Part shown: positions 11,801 through 21,485 of the stretch, in pieces
Numbering within the stretch: the first letter of the stretch is position 1
Layout of the letters: the number at the start of each line of letters is the position of its first letter
Assembly: GCF_001194135.2 (NCBI RefSeq)
Contig: NC_069004.1
Span: 26,662,756 to 26,698,428, forward strand
Length of the DNA stretch: 35,673 nt
DNA from: Octopus bimaculoides
Lineage: Eukaryota
Reading direction: 5' to 3'
Notes under the pieces: generated by a model
Databases searched by the model: none
Seen by the model: the letters and a program-made list of their open reading frames with translations, nothing else
What the model was told of the DNA's origin: nothing
Program-made: the position numbers and the translations under genes

Positions 11801-12141
11801 TCTTTCTTTTCCGTGGCTGATCTGTGATAGGGTGCGGAACGCGGGTATATATTTATTATCTAGAAACGAAGGTTCACAACATGGAAAAGTGTCACACTTC
11901 TTTTCCGCCCCACTAAGGATTTCAATCGTCGGCACAGAAATTCTTGGTGTCTGTATCTTGAGCTGACAAGTAAAGCGTGTCATTCTCCCTAATTTTCGGA
12001 AACGTGGCTGAACGTGAGCCGTGAGTGTTACACAGAGAAATTAGAAAGAAAAAAAAAAGAGTTGAGAGAAGTCTCTAGGGGTGCGAACCCGAACATGACT
12101 GTGAAAACAATTCATATTCACGATATTTGCAAACAAATCAC

Positions 12142-12340
12142 TCAATCAGAAAACTGAGGAGGCCAGGGTTCCTTTAGCCACCATACGTTTCGGATCTTGC
12201 GCCCAACGATATTCATATCTTCGTTGCAAGGAAGAACAATCTTCATGGACAAAGGTTCGATGCCACAGTCGAGGTGAAAGTTAATGAGTGGGGGTACAAA
12301 AGGGAACAACCGAATTTTTGCCGAGAGAATTTCAGTGATG
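12142..12340 (-). mobile_element. Possible degraded Tc1/mariner catalytic-region fragment
   Basis: EILSAKI...VPPLI and WWLKEPWPPQFSD resemble the WPP.SPDLN region. Confidence 0.35.
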
Positions 12341-12570
12341 AGTTCAACCATCGTTGAACTCATGCATCAATTGTGATGGATACTAAGATAATAGTAAATT
12401 CGTAAAGAGGAAGGACATCCTCCTAACACAAGCAATTTCAATAACGTATGTCAGGAAATAAGATTTTACACCCACTTTTGCAGCTTATGCCTACTTTCGG
12501 CGTAACCCACGTACAACGCATACATTCGCGCGCAATTATAATTATGTACATACAGACACAGACACCTACA

Positions 12571-12632
12571 AATAAACCTATATGTAGACTTACAATAAAC
12601 CTATATGTAGACTTACAATAAACCTATATGTA
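12571..12632 (+). repeat. 23-bp tandem repeat, about 2.7 units (AATAAACCTATATGTAGACTTAC)
   Basis: Direct. Confidence 0.9.
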
Positions 12633-13466
12633 CACACACACACATACATATATGTCTATGAATTCTTACCTCTACGTTAGATAGCCCCAGTCAGCTCAGC
12701 ACGATTTTTACAATTTGACACCATTTTTATTAGGATACACACACACACACGCGCTCACATATACTCAACCATGAGTAAAGGTTCCGTTATTCTTAAAATT
12801 GCTTTAAACTATTAACCTTAATTTAAAATTTACATCTATAAACATATTTATGAGACCGCATGCATTAAAGTTATGTGTGTATCTCTCTTGCTCTGTGTTT
12901 CTGTATGTGTGTGTATGTGTGTGTATGCGTATGTGTGTGTGTTTGCGCGTAGGTGTTTATGTCTCTAAGTGTATGTATATTTCTGTAAATATGTCTACAC
13001 TATATATAGATGTGTATGTATGTGCATATATATATAATAATTGTGTGCGAGTGTATATGTCTCAACTTGTGTGTCTGCGTGTGTTTGTCTGAGTGAGTGA
13101 ATGTGTGTTTGTGTTTGTGTTTGTGTGTGTGTGTGTGTGTGTGTGGTTGTGTGTGTGTGTGTGCGTGTGCGTGCGTGTAATTAAGTGACTCTTGTTTCCC
13201 AAACTAGATTAAAAAAATTATTGAATATAAGAAGTCGCGTTTATGGTTTTTATTTCCAAACAATCAATATTGTCTCCTAGTGATAAGGTTTTTTGTTGAA
13301 AATATAATTTATTAATGGAAATTCACTTCCCTGGGTATCAACTCACGGCACGAGCATAATATGTTTTAAATAAATATACACACATACACACATATATGTA
13401 TGTTTTGTTTCTGTATCTGTATGTGTGCATGTGTGCAGACGCTTATGTATGTACATGTATGTATGT

Positions 13467-14120
13467 CATTCACTTTTATTTCAACATTTCTTGGTAATAG
13501 AGAAAGAGCCGGTTTCTAACCTAGAGCCAAAGCGCGATCATTGGAGTTTCAACTGGTTATTTTTGCATGTATGTGTGTATATGTGCAGCATTCGGAGTCA
13601 GTGCATATGTGCAGATTTGTATGCATTTTTTATGTATGGATGGTCATACATGGAGTTCTGTGTCTAACCATTCGTCTATATATTTAAATGATAAACCTCT
13701 GGAAATTTACAGATTTTTAAAGTTCCAGTGATGGATTGGACCTGTAGTTTTCGAATCAACTTTTTCCTTTCTGGTTTTGAGAAGGCTAATTTCTCAAGAT
13801 CGCTACTCAGGCAGTGTATTACATATTCCAGTAACCCAGTAACTACAGATATAAGCCCTAATATATAATCTGGACAGAGTAACTGTACATTTCCCAATAG
13901 TACAGTATACGTATTTTCTTTTCCACTGATCTTTAGCTTTATGTTGATATCCGCTGGGCAGCTGACTTCCACAACTGTCCCAAATCACTATGTCAGGTTT
14001 ACAAACTATTCAGGCTTTCACTGGGACATTCTACTAGTATTGTTTCTTATGTGTCGCTATGGCTTCTTCCGTACTGTGGAACTTATTTCTTTTGCTTCAG
14101 GATTATCTCTTCCACATGAG
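13467..14120 (-). mobile_element. Longer 3' fragment of the R4/Dong-like LINE
   Basis: rc translates EAIATHK..NVPVK..KPDIVIWD and EVSCPADINIKLKISGKENTY.VLL.N.QLL.PDY...EKLAFSKPERKKLIRKLQVQSITGTLKICK, a PD..D-type restriction-like endonuclease. 3' UTR ends TTGAAATAAAAGTGAATGA-(CATA)n. Confidence 0.85.
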
Positions 14121-14206
14121 TATATATGTATTTTTATCAATATTTGGTAGCACCAGCCAAGTGACACAATCACCAAGAGTTTCGTGCGTTAGCCCTTCTC
14201 CATCTT

Positions 14207-14283
<77 letters not shown>

Positions 14284-14389
14284 CTATATTTCTATCTATT
14301 TATCGATCGATCGATCAATGTGTACATGTGTATATGTCTGTATATAGATATAGATAAATAGTTACATAGTTAGATAGATGGGATATGTA

Positions 14390-14745
14390 AGACGCTGCCT
14401 CAATACCAATCTTGAGAAATTAGGCGTCTCAAAACCTGAAAGATTAAGCTAATTCGAGGACTACAAATCCAATCCATCAGTGGAACTGTAAAAATCTGTA
14501 AAACTTTCCCGAAGTTTATCATTTAAATACACATGAGCATGTCTAGATATGCAACTATATGCATGAGAAGACATACAGAAAACATACATACATACATACA
14601 TACATACGTACATACATACGTACATACATACGTACATACAAAAATACCGTTGTTGATGTTGAAATTCCAATGAAGGAGCCTTGAATCTAGGTTAGAAACC
14701 GGCTATTTCTCTATTGGAAGAGATCTTGAAATAAAACTGTAGAAT
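14390..14745 (+). mobile_element. 3' fragment of the R4/Dong-like LINE lying between GATA-like tracts
   Basis: Collinear with 7335-7690 (CTTGAGAAATTA...CAGTGGAACTGTAAAAATCTGTAAAACTTTCC...GAAATAAAACTG). Confidence 0.85.
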
Positions 14746-14746
14746 G

Positions 14747-14805
<59 letters not shown>
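14745..14805 (+). repeat. (GATA)n microsatellite (second array 18105-18184)
   Basis: Direct. Confidence 0.97.
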
Positions 14806-14806
<1 letters not shown>

Positions 14807-15290
14807 TTGTTCATAAAGGCAGAGTAAACTACAATCTGAATCGATCATTTTAAAGTAGAATATCTTCTTTTTATTAAGTTCTGTAATTCCTACCTTACAG
14901 AAATTGCCTGGCGGTGGCAACTCTGTGGGCCTTTATGCAATTTTATGAGGAAATGGTTTTGGGTTGAAAATATTTTCATCATTATTTAATATGTTGATTT
15001 TTTTTTTCTTTTATCGAAAAATATTTTTCTGTAAAGTTTCCCTAAGGTTGCTAGGCGTATATTTCTATAAAGGTTTTAATATTGAACAATAAATTAGGTT
15101 TTATATAACATTACGTTTGTCGTATCATACGTGGGGAAAAAGTTGAGATGCTAAAGTAGAATTAGGGGAACAACGGATAAGATACATTGGTTTTGCTAAG
15201 TCTTACAATTTACAAGATTGTCTCAATTCTGGGAGGGACGTCGTGAACATCATCCGAACCAATATAGTGAAGTTAATAGACATTATTATA
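14806..15290 (+). repeat. ~480-bp diverged direct repeat, copy 1 (copy 2 at 18185-18645)
   Basis: Shared collinear blocks ATAAAGGC.GAGTAAAC, CTTACAGAA, GCGGTGGCAA, ATTTTATGAGGAAATGGTTTT, TTTCTATAAAGGTTT, ATATAACATTACGTTT, GGGGAAAAAGT.GAGATGCTAAA, GAGGGACGTC. Confidence 0.9.
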
Positions 15291-15508
15291 TTCTTTTCTA
15301 CTCTGAGCACAAGGCCCGAAATTTTGGGGGTGGGGGCCAGTCGATTAGATCGACCGCAGTACGCATCTGGTACTTAATTTATCGACTCCGAAAGGATGAA
15401 AAGCAAAATCGACCTCGGAGGAATTTGAACACAGAAAGTAAAGACAGACGAAATATCGCTAAGCATTTCGCCCGGTGTGCTAACGTTTCTACCAGCTCGC
15501 CGCCTTAT
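15291..15508 (-). mobile_element. Full-length tRNA-derived SINE family 1 with 15-bp target-site duplication
   Basis: rc begins GGCGGCGAGCTGGTAGAAACGTTAGCAC (A-box-like), has GTTCAAATTCC (B-box-like) and ends GTAGAAAAGAA. TSD ATAGACATTATTATA at 15276-15290 and 15509-15523. Confidence 0.93.
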
Positions 15509-15635
15509 ATAGACATTATTATATAAAAATGCAATGTTATTAGCAGTTACAATATGCCAGTAGCATGTTCGAACTCGTTACTAAGTCATTCGCTGGATTT
15601 TATAATAGAGAAAATTTCTCTCTGAGAAAAGCTAA

Positions 15636-15842
15636 GACAGCAAGCTGGCAGAATCGCTAACGCACCGAGGAAATCTACTTAGCGGCATTTCGTCCGTCCT
15701 TACGTTCTGAGTTCGAAATCCGCCGAGGTTCACTTTCTCGTTCATCCTTTCGTAAGTACCATTTGAATACTGGGGCCGAAGTAATCGACTTATCACAACC
15801 CGACGAAGTTACTGGCCCTGTGAGAAAATTTGAAACTATTAT
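15636..15842 (+). mobile_element. tRNA-derived SINE family 1 copy
   Basis: GCAAGCTGGCAGAATCGCTAACGCACCG...GAGTTCGAAATCCGCCGAGG...TCATCCTTTCG...CTGGGGCCGAAGTAATCGACT. Confidence 0.88.
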
Positions 15843-15864
15843 CATATATGATTATTTAATGTGG

Positions 15865-16680
15865 AACAACTACAATAACAACAACTACTACGAATACTAC
15901 TGCTGCTGCTTCTTCTGCTGCTGCAACTACTATTGCTGCTGTTGCTACTGCTGCTGTTACTACTACTACTATTGATACTACTACATTATCAAAAAGGAGA
16001 TGAAGATGATGATTAAAAAGAACGCAACAACTACGACAACTACAAGAATGGAAAGAAGAAGGAGGAGGAGGAGAAGAAGAAGAGGAAAAAGAAGAAGAAG
16101 AAGAAGAAGATGAAGAAGAAGAAGAAGGAGGAGGAGGAGAAGAAGAAGAAGAAAAAGATGAAGAAGAAGAAAAAGAAGAAGACGAAGAAAAAGAAGAAGA
16201 AGAAGGAGGAGGTGGAGGAGAAGAAAAAGATGAAGAAGAAGAAGGAGGAGGAGAAGGAGGAGGAGGAGGAGGAGGAGGAGGAGGAGAAGAAAAAGATGAA
16301 GAAGAAGAAGAAAAAGATGAAGTAGGAGGAGGAGGTGGAGGAGGAGAAGAAAAAGAAGAAGAAGAAAAAGAAGAAGAAGGAGAAGAAGAAGAAGAAGAAG
16401 AAGAAGAAGAAGAAGAAGAAGAAGAAAAAGAAGAAGAAGAAAAAGAGGAAGGAGGAGGAGAAGAAAAAGATGAAGAAAAAGAAGGAGGAGAGGAGGAGGA
16501 GAAGAAAAAGAAGAAGAAAAAGATGAAGAAGAAGAAAAATATGAAGAAGATGAAGAAGAAGGAGGAGGAGGAGGAGGAGGAGAAGAAAAAGATGATAAAG
16601 AAGAAGAAGAAGAAGAAGAAGAAGAAGAAGAAGAAGAAGAAGAAGAAGAAGAAGAAGAAAAAGATGAAGAAGAAGAAGAT
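15865..16680 (+). repeat. Trinucleotide field: (ACA/ACT/GCT)n then a ~630-bp purine-rich (GAA/GAG)n tract
   Basis: Direct; source of the poly-K/E and poly-L/F/S ORFs. Confidence 0.97.
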
Positions 16681-17364
16681 ACGAAAGTATACCTACAAAC
16701 GTATGCAATCACAACAAATATTTGGGAAAGAACTACAATGCATCATTCATAAAATTTTTCAGACAAATTTTTCTAAGAATTTCCATGACGCAAAAAGGTG
16801 GCATTTCACAATTTCGCTCGACTCTATTTTTCACATTTACATTCCCATCGATAATATTCTGCTAGTTAAATTCCATTTGGACTGTTTTATGCAACACGCA
16901 TATACATAATTTTAAAAGCTGCACCAATCAACACCTAATTTGACTTATCATCTATAACCATTAAACTTCTCGTTGTTTTCTCCCGGTTTTTATTTGCTAT
17001 TCCTCTTTTTCTTTTCTCTCAGTCTACCAATAGTCAAATGTATTATGTAGTTATAACTTACTTGTTTGCATGACTGAAGTTTTAGCGCTAGCGAATTATA
17101 TGTAAGTTTGTATGTGTTTATGTATGTATGTATGTATGTATGTATGACAGGAGGGATATATGTATGCATGTGCGTGTGTGTGTGTGTGTGTGTGTTGTGT
17201 GTGTCTGTGTGTGTGTGTCTGTGAGCGTAGGTGTGTATGTATGTATATTCTTTTATAGATAAAAATTTTTCCAAGATAATATTGCTATATGTATCTCTAT
17301 GAAGCATTCGTGTATTTGTATATATATATATGTGTGTGGGTGTGTGTGTGTGTGTGTGTGTGTG

Positions 17365-17492
17365 TTCCTTTCTGTGGAAGAACGTAGGCTCGAAACGGTA
17401 AAGACTTTTTCAATTTCCCGTGCATTATACTAATACATCTGTTTGTTTTCTACACCACCTGTCTTCGTCTTTTGTTTTTTTGTGAATTCTCC
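17365..17492 (+). repeat. Repeat family A, copy 3
   Basis: TTCCTTTCTGTGGAAGAACGTAGGCTCGAAACGGTAAAGACTTTTTC...GTGAATTCTCC, then the gap. Confidence 0.88.
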
Positions 17493-17569
17493 NNNNNNNN
17501 NNNNNNNNNNNNNNNNNNNNNNNNNNNNNNNNNNNNNNNNNNNNNNNNNNNNNNATATATATATATATA

Positions 17570-18068
17570 CAGGGTGCGGTGAATATACTGTCGTCTAAAT
17601 TACGCAAAAAGGAAAAATAGCACTGACATCTCATTTTTTACAGATATATTTACCAAAATTACATTAACATATCTTGAAATACTAAAGACTAAATATATTC
17701 AACAAAATCGCCATTGGCTTCAAGTACGGCCTCCAGACGACATCGGAATCTCCTGCAACTCTTCTGGGCGGCTTTCTGGATGAATGCTGCCATAATTCTT
17801 GCCTTCAGGTCATCTTTGGTGTTTCAAGGAGTCTTGTTTGTGTCTAGCTCAACTGCGCCTCACACATAATAATAAAGAGGGCTGCAATCTAGAGAGTTAT
17901 ATGGCCAGATGCTAGGGATACTGTGGTCACAGAATTTGTCTGACAGCAATTCGTGGGTTCTCCTGCTTGTGAGACATGATATAGAGTCCTTTTGCCAGGC
18001 ACAGGGTCTTACAGCAGCCACCCTCTTCACCCAGGGCAGCACTACCTCCTCTCGGCACTTGATGTATA
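17570..18068 (-). mobile_element. 3' half of a DD37D (maT-type) mariner, same family as 2009-2978
   Basis: rc: YIKCREEVVLPWVKRVAAVRPCAWQKDS...IWPYNSLDCSPLYYYV*GAVELDTNKTP*NTKDDLKARIMAAF...RFRCRLEAVLEANGDFVE. I count 37 residues between the second D and the third (mutated) catalytic position. TIR TA-CAGGGTGCGGTGAAT at 17568. Confidence 0.92.
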
Positions 18069-18123
18069 TATATTTAGAGAGACAGAGAGAGGAGGAGAAA
18101 TAGATAAATAGATAGATAGATAA

Positions 18124-18184
<61 letters not shown>

Positions 18185-18185
<1 letters not shown>

Positions 18186-18645
18186 TTATTGATAAAGGCC
18201 GAGTAAACCACACTGTGAATCGATTCTTGAAGTATTTTCTGTTTATTACGTTCCGCAATTCCTAACTTACAGAATTTATCTCGCGGTGGCAATTCTATGT
18301 CACTTTTTGGAATTTTATGAGGAAATGGTTTTTGGTCGAAAACCTTTTTTTTAATTATCCAACATACCTTTTTTTTTTATCGAAAAACATATGTTTTAAA
18401 ACTTTCCTTTAGGTTATATATATAACTTATTTTTCTATAAAGGTTTAATCTTCTGCAGTAAATTGTGTTATATATAACATTACGTTTTTCGTATCGTACA
18501 TGGGGAAAAAGTCGAGATGCTAAACTGATAAAAGTGGAATTAGAGAACAGCTAAATCTTACAACTTAGAAGATTGACTCAAATCTTAGAGGGACGTCATG
18601 AATTAATAGAGTATAGGCAAAAGGCGTTATTATATATAAGCGTAT
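18185..18645 (+). repeat. ~460-bp diverged direct repeat, copy 2 (lacks the SINE insertions of copy 1)
   Basis: Collinear with 14806-15290; followed by a shorter ACA/GCT/GAA trinucleotide field at 18660-18790. Confidence 0.9.
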
Positions 18646-18803
18646 GTATATGATATAGGAATAACAACAAATACAATAACAACAGGTACAACTACAACAA
18701 CAGCTACTGTTACAACCACCGCTGATGCTGCTACTTCTACTACTATTACAAGAACAGGAAGGAGATAATGAAGAAGGAAGAAGTAGAAGAGTTAAGCATT
18801 ATA

Positions 18804-18863
<60 letters not shown>

Positions 18864-18866
<3 letters not shown>

Positions 18867-19018
18867 AGAATTCACAAAAAGACAAAAGACGAAGACAGGT
18901 GGTGTAGAAAACAAACAGATGTATTAGTATAATGCTCGGGAAGTGAAAAAGTCTTTAACGCTTCGAGCCTACGCTCTTCCACTGAAAGGAACGCAGAAAG
19001 AAACAAGGAGAAAAATTA
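18864..19018 (-). repeat. Repeat family A, copy 4
   Basis: rc TTTTTCTCCTTGTTTC...CCTTTCAGTGGAAGAGCGTAGGCTCGAAGCGTTAAAGAC...GTGAATTCTCCC-(TA)n. Confidence 0.9.
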
Positions 19019-19039
19019 CGAGTTGGACTTGTAATTTCC

Positions 19040-19420
19040 AAGGGACAGCCTTGTCACATCGTGTCACGCTGAATCTCCTTGTAGAAGGCTACATATGACT
19101 GTGGTGAGCTCAGCCACAAGCATGCTGCTCCGTTGATCGGATCTCTCGTCGTCTGTAATCGTTTGAAAGCCCGAGACTGTAGAAAGTGGCTGTGTTCCAT
19201 CACCAACGGAACCAAAATCTTTGACGTCACCAGAAGGGAGAAGGAAGAGATCAAAGGACAGGATAGAAATGCTTGACAGAACCAACCTCATCCTCCACCA
19301 ACATTGCCGTACAATCAAAACCATCGATTCTTCTGTGCAAGAACTGGTCTATAGAGTCATCAAAGACATCACCATAGACGAAGCCTTCAACCAAGAATAA
19401 ACTAAATTCTTTGATACGAA
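19040..19420 (+). mobile_element. 3' end of an RTE (BovB-like) LINE, degraded
   Basis: DCRKWLCSITNGTKIFDVTRREKEEIK...PPPTLPYNQNHRFFCARTGL*SHQRHH matches the RTE C-terminus (W...I..G...FE..R...E.KR..RK...C..C.R.F.ARIGL.SH.R.H). Confidence 0.75.
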
Positions 19421-19434
19421 ATAAAGCCGTCGGA

Positions 19435-19476
<42 letters not shown>

Positions 19477-19477
19477 A

Positions 19478-20668
19478 CAGGGTTACGGCAAAATAATGGA
19501 AACACCTTAAAATTTCAAATAAATTCATTTTGATATGGGGTAGGACCGCCTTTGACAGTAATTACAGCTTGAATTCTACGAGGTATGGACTCGTACAAAG
19601 TTTAAATTCTTACCAAAACAATGATGGTGGAGGATATCGACTCCTTATTTGTTATTCTAAAATGCACCATAAATGGTCAATAATATTGAGATCTGGGGAC
19701 TGTGGTGGTCAGATAAGATGTTCAGCTTCGATAGAATGTTCTTCGTGCTATTCAGCAACAACTTTAGCTTTGTGAATTGGTGCATTATCATCCTGAAAGA
19801 TTGCGTTTCCCTCTGGAAACAGTTCCGCAACCATAGGATGAATTTGATCAAATAAAATGCTTAAAAAGTCTTGACTTTTAATTCTGCCATGAAGGGAAAC
19901 GATTTGGTTGGAGGATTTCAAAGATATAGTCGCCATCCCGATCATCACAGATCCTCCTCCATGTTTAAGAGTTGGAAGAAGCCAGTGTGGGTCAAATGCT
20001 TCTTTTGGCTATCTCCACACGTATACTTAGCCGGTGGTCGGAAATAAGGTAAAGGATGACTCAACCGAAAGAATAACTTTCTTCCACTGCTCTAAGGACC
20101 AATTATGTAGGTTTTTACTCCACTCTAAACGTTTTACAACGTTTGTTTTTGAAAGTAGTGGTTTTCTGATTGCAACTCTCCCGTGGAATCCGGCTTTGTA
20201 CAGCTCTCGGAGAACAGATTTTGTGGAAACTGTGTTCTCGAGGTGGTCATTAAGCTATTCAGTAATTTCGGGAGCTGTACTTTTGTGATCCTTTCTAATA
20301 ATTCGCATAAGAGTCCGATGGTACCTAACTGAAAGTTTTGGCTTTCTTCCGGGGTTTTGTTTCGACGAGGAGGTATTTCCCTCTTTCTCATTACTTTCGA
20401 GACAGTACTTTTTTGATACACCAAACATTTCGGCCGTTTTCGTTACGCCAGCGCCTGCCATATGAGCATCAGCAATTTGACTTCTTTGAAAGTCCGATAG
20501 ATCTGTCATTTTAATGAATTTTAATTACCGTTTTTTTTATGATATCTGAAAAGAAACAGCAATTTTAGCAAAACACTAATAACAAATTAAAAAGCATAAA
20601 AATATACAAGGTTTTGACGATTTTATAGATATGATGCTAGGTGATTCCATTATTTTGTCCAACCCTTG
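19478..20668 (-). mobile_element. Near full-length, decayed Tc1-like transposon with DD36E (Incomer-type) spacing
   Basis: Imperfect ~30-bp TIRs (CAGGGTTACGGCAAAATAATGGAAACACC / rc CAAGGGTTGGACAAAATAATGGAATCACC) flanked by TA. Transposase from ATG 20509: MTDLSDFQRSQI...GRKPKLS...RVAIRKPLL...WKKVIFSVESSF...KHGGGSVM...IFQDDNAPIH...PPQSPDLNIIDHLW. I count 36 residues between the second D and the third acidic position. Stops and frameshifts; C-terminal part deleted. Confidence 0.95.
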
Positions 20669-20687
20669 TATATGTATATATATATAT

Positions 20688-21096
20688 ATACATATTAAGT
20701 ATAAGGAAAGGAAAAATTGTAGGTGTAGTCGATCTTTAATTCATAATCCAGGTTGATACAGAATGAATATACATTCTACAAATTGTTTCAGAGTCTAATT
20801 AATTTCAAAGACAAAAACGACAAACTCTTCATGAAATAAAAATTAGATTCCTCAAAAGGAATTACATACTGGGATGAATAATTGCGACCAACAAACGTGT
20901 ACAAAGACTTTTCGCAGCCCAGACGGGAACACAGAGTCTAATTTTTATTTTACGAAGGGTTTTTCGTTTTTGTCTTTGGAATTAATTAAACTCCGAAACA
21001 ATTTGTAGAATGTATATTGGTTATGTACCAACCTGGATTATGAATTAAAGATCGTCTACACCAACAATTTTTCTTTTCCTTATATTTAATATGTAT
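20688..21096. mobile_element. Foldback element with ~163-bp inverted arms (20688-20850 / 20934-21096) and an ~83-bp loop
   Basis: Arms are roughly 90% identical by eye (TAAGGAAA.GAAAAATTGT.GGTGTAG.CGATCTTTAATTCATAATCCAGGTTG...AATATACATTCTACAAATTGTTTC). Sits in TA-rich context. Confidence 0.92.
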
Positions 21097-21452
21097 TTAT
21101 ATATATTAATATTACCCACAGGCAATTATTTTGACAATGTGTATTGCATATGTATGACCGATCATTTTCACGATGTTCAACCAAAATGCAGATTGAAAGT
21201 TACAGTCAATCATTTTGCTTTTATAAAAAACACATTATACAAGATATGGTAAGATATATAGTTTGAACATCATCTCTTCGGTGTTTCTCCATCTCGTAAT
21301 GAATAATTAATATGTTTCGAACAACACATATTTCAGAATCATTTATAACTTGGTTGTCTTATGTTCTTATTGGTTTTCGTCACACTTAGTTTTCAACATA
21401 CACGCACGCACACACACACACACATATATATATATCTATGTTTGCGTGTATG

Positions 21453-21485
<33 letters not shown>

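Noticed and set aside
15981-16712. Long ORFs (243 aa, 222 aa, poly-K/E) over the GAA tract
   Set aside because: Trinucleotide low-complexity sequence lacks stop codons by composition; there is no domain or splice support.
11436-19395. EGFVYGD peptide at both 11436(+) and rc 19390
   Set aside because: Only ~20 nt match, in opposite orientation relative to the inferred RTE sense; the flanks do not align. Treated as chance.
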